Of a stretch of DNA of 64,000 nucleotides, positions 62,140-64,000 are shown piece after piece. The position numbers and the translations under genes were made by a program. Where the stretch lies: positions 287,051-351,050 of the forward strand of contig JBJKYL010000010.1 in NCBI GenBank assembly GCA_045561055.1. Direction: 5' to 3'. The DNA is from Candidatus Rariloculaceae bacterium. Lineage in GTDB: Bacteria > Pseudomonadota > Gammaproteobacteria > Steroidobacterales > Rariloculaceae. Position 1 is the first letter of the stretch. Each line of letters opens with the position of its first letter. The notes below the pieces were generated by a model, which searched no databases, had not been told where the DNA came from, and saw only the letters and a list, made by a program, of their open reading frames with translations.

Positions 62140-63039
62140 TTACCCCCACGATCTAGGCCAACCCATTATTAGCCGATATGATTCCATCAATTCCCCACCC
62201 CATAGTAGTGCGATCCAGCCGGCCATTGCCAGATATGGGCCAAACGGAATTGGCTTCTCGCGAGAACTCTGTCCCAGCGCTATCATAATGGTACCAATGA
62301 CTGCGCCTGCGGCAGCGGACAGCATTATAACCAGAGGTAAAAGTTGCCAGCCGAGCCATGCGCCCAGGGCGCTGAGCAACTTGAAATCTCCGTACCCCAT
62401 ACCTTCTTTACCCGTCACGAGCCTGAAGACTTGGTAGGTTCCCCAAAGGCTTAGATAACCTGCGGCCGCCCCGACAACACTGGAACTAGCATTAGTAAAG
62501 ATGACGTCGCCGCCCGTCCGGAACAAGCTCGCTAGCAGTCCCGCCCACATAAGCGGCAACGTTATTGAGTCCGGGAGCAGCTTGTGGTCGATATCTATGA
62601 CCGATAGAACAAGCAGTGTCCAAGTTATTGGTAATGCGAGGAGTAACTGCCAGGATGGGCCAAATACCCAGGCAACGACTAGGCTCAGAATCACCGTTAT
62701 CGTTTCGATAAACGGATAGCTCATAGAGATTTTTGTCCCGCATTGTGCGCAGCAGCCCTTCAATAGAATGTAGCTAAGAATTGGGATTTTGTGGCGCGCG
62801 GTGACAGCGCCGCCGCACTCAGGGCATATTGAGTTAGGCTTGATTAGGTTAAAGGGCTGGTTAACGGCGTGCTTTGGTTCAGCATCCTCGGCCTCTAATT
62901 TTGCACACTGTTGACGCCAGCTCCGGTCCAACATAATAGGAACGCGATAGGCAACGACAGTAAGAAAACTGCCGAAGATGAGCCCCACGAGACCAGTGAT
63001 GACAAACAATACATTAGGGTATATTTCGAAGATTTCCAC
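62140..63039 (-). CDS. pilD: Type IV prepilin leader peptidase / N-methyltransferase (A24 family)
   Basis: 299 aa. Cys cluster CPECG...CCAQCG, catalytic Asp contexts, GYGDFKL, and eight hydrophobic segments. Confidence 0.9.
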   Translation of the reverse strand: MEIFEIYPNVLFVITGLVGLIFGSFLTVVAYRVPIMLDRSWRQQCAKLEAEDAEPKHAVNQPFNLIKPNSICPECGGAVTARHKIPILSYILLKGCCAQCGTKISMSYPFIETITVILSLVVAWVFGPSWQLLLALPITWTLLVLSVIDIDHKLLPDSITLPLMWAGLLASLFRTGGDVIFTNASSSVVGAAAGYLSLWGTYQVFRLVTGKEGMGYGDFKLLSALGAWLGWQLLPLVIMLSAAAGAVIGTIMIALGQSSREKPIPFGPYLAMAGWIALLWGGELMESYRLIMGWPRSWG

Positions 63040-63417
63040 GCGGACTAGCTAGCCTATCCGAAGTGAATGGCGGTAACATTCTCGCTGAGCTGAGGTATGG
63101 ATTCCAGGGTTTTTCCTTACCATTTGATATTTCAGCATCCTAGCGATGTGTGAGTCGGTACCCGCGCAAAATATTACCAACACAGCGCTGTCCAGGCTGA
63201 GTCTCAATATATTAAGGGGTCGCAAGGAAAGATTTTTTCGTCGGGGATGGATGTCGAAATTCGGTCCAACCGGAGGTGAGCAGTTGAGATCTCGTTTGTG
63301 CAGGGTGTTTATTGATGATTCTGCTCGATAGCACTTTTCTTCTAGTTAATCGGTATCTCTTTACGTGGACAAGCCCTTTCGTAGACAATACCGCCGCCTC
63401 GATTACTGAGAACTCAT

Positions 63418-64000
63418 TTGAATCTTCACGAATACCAGGCGAAAGCATTGTTTGCCCAGTTCGACATTCCCGTGCCGCAGGGTCGCGTAGCCTCTACTGC
63501 AGAAGAAGCATTAGCATCAGCTGAGGAGCTGGGCGGTGAGCTTTGGGTTGTAAAGGCTCAGGTACATGCGGGCGGTCGTGGCAAGGCTGGCGGCGTTCTC
63601 TTAGCGCGTAGTGTCGCTGAAGTTGGCGAGCATACTGAGGCCCTATTAGGCACTCGTTTATATACCCATCAGAGTGGTCCAGAGGGTCTGCCAGTCGATA
63701 CGGTCTATGTCGAAGAGGGTTCGTTAATTGCTCGTGAACTCTATCTAAGCCTGCTTGTAGACAGGGATTTGGAGCGCGTCGTGATCATGGCTTCTGCTTC
63801 GGGTGGGATGGATATTGAGTCTGTGGCGGCTGACACGCCTGAGCAGATTTTATCGTTCGCTCTACATCCAGGGGCCGGGCTTGCCGATTTTCAGACGCGC
63901 ATGTTGGGGTTCGGTCTTGGACTAGATCAGAATCAGCAACGTGAGCTCAGCGACATTCTGAGTAATCTAGTAAAATTGTTCCACGCGTGTGACGCAAGTC
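63418..64000 (+). CDS. sucC: Succinyl-CoA synthetase beta subunit (5' part; runs off the window)
   Basis: It is absent from the ORF track because no stop is reached. The TTG start gives (M)NLHEYQAKALFAQFDIPVPQG...LWVVKAQVHAGGRGKAGGV..., which aligns with E. coli SucC from residue 1. Confidence 0.9.
   Translation, partial: MNLHEYQAKALFAQFDIPVPQGRVASTAEEALASAEELGGELWVVKAQVHAGGRGKAGGVLLARSVAEVGEHTEALLGTRLYTHQSGPEGLPVDTVYVEEGSLIARELYLSLLVDRDLERVVIMASASGGMDIESVAADTPEQILSFALHPGAGLADFQTRMLGFGLGLDQNQQRELSDILSNLVKLFHACDAS

Noticed and set aside
63146-63448. Small ORFs (61, 70 and 78 aa) between pilD and sucC as real genes or as pilC/lpd remnants
   Set aside because: The translations show no similarity I can recognise to PilC, Lpd, SucB or any other family. 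They have no SD sequences and overlap one another on both strands.

Overview
This window looks like core gammaproteobacterial chromosome at about 50% GC. I see no prophage, IS element, integron, CRISPR array, tRNA or rRNA, and no defence or secretion island. About 60 genes are recognisable by motif. They include a complete dcw division and cell-wall cluster (mraZ-rsmH-ftsL-ftsI-murE-murF-mraY-murD-ftsW-murG-murC-murB-ftsQ-ftsA-ftsZ-lpxC) preceded by rnpB. Next comes DUF721-M23 peptidase-secA-mutT, then zapD-coaE-pilD on the opposite strand. Other blocks are yrbG-lptC-lptA-lptB-rpoN, ibaG-murA, sspA-sspB, lpoA and rsmI. There is a tkt-gap-pgk-glycerate kinase-pyk glycolytic cluster, a PPi-dependent phosphofructokinase next to an H+-pyrophosphatase, a split class II ribonucleotide reductase (nrdJa/nrdJb) with NrdR boxes, and hldE, tolC, adk, rnd and a DegP-family protease. 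I did not find a convincing novel multi-gene system. What is unusual is gene decay and compaction. Four adjacent genes (mpl, a gumN stub, cpdA, tkt; 16.8-21.5 kb) are interrupted by many indels, several of them +1 changes in short homopolymers. This is either a local patch of poor sequence or recent pseudogenisation. rapZ is decayed, and hpf and ptsN are missing after rpoN. diaA is truncated and yraN is missing. Genes usually present in these synteny blocks (mlaFEDCB, kdsD, kdsC, ddl, yacG, pilBC) are absent at tight junctions. Together this fits a streamlined or host-restricted lineage. That is an inference and needs the rest of the genome and the raw reads to test. All functional calls come from reading motifs by eye, with no database search.
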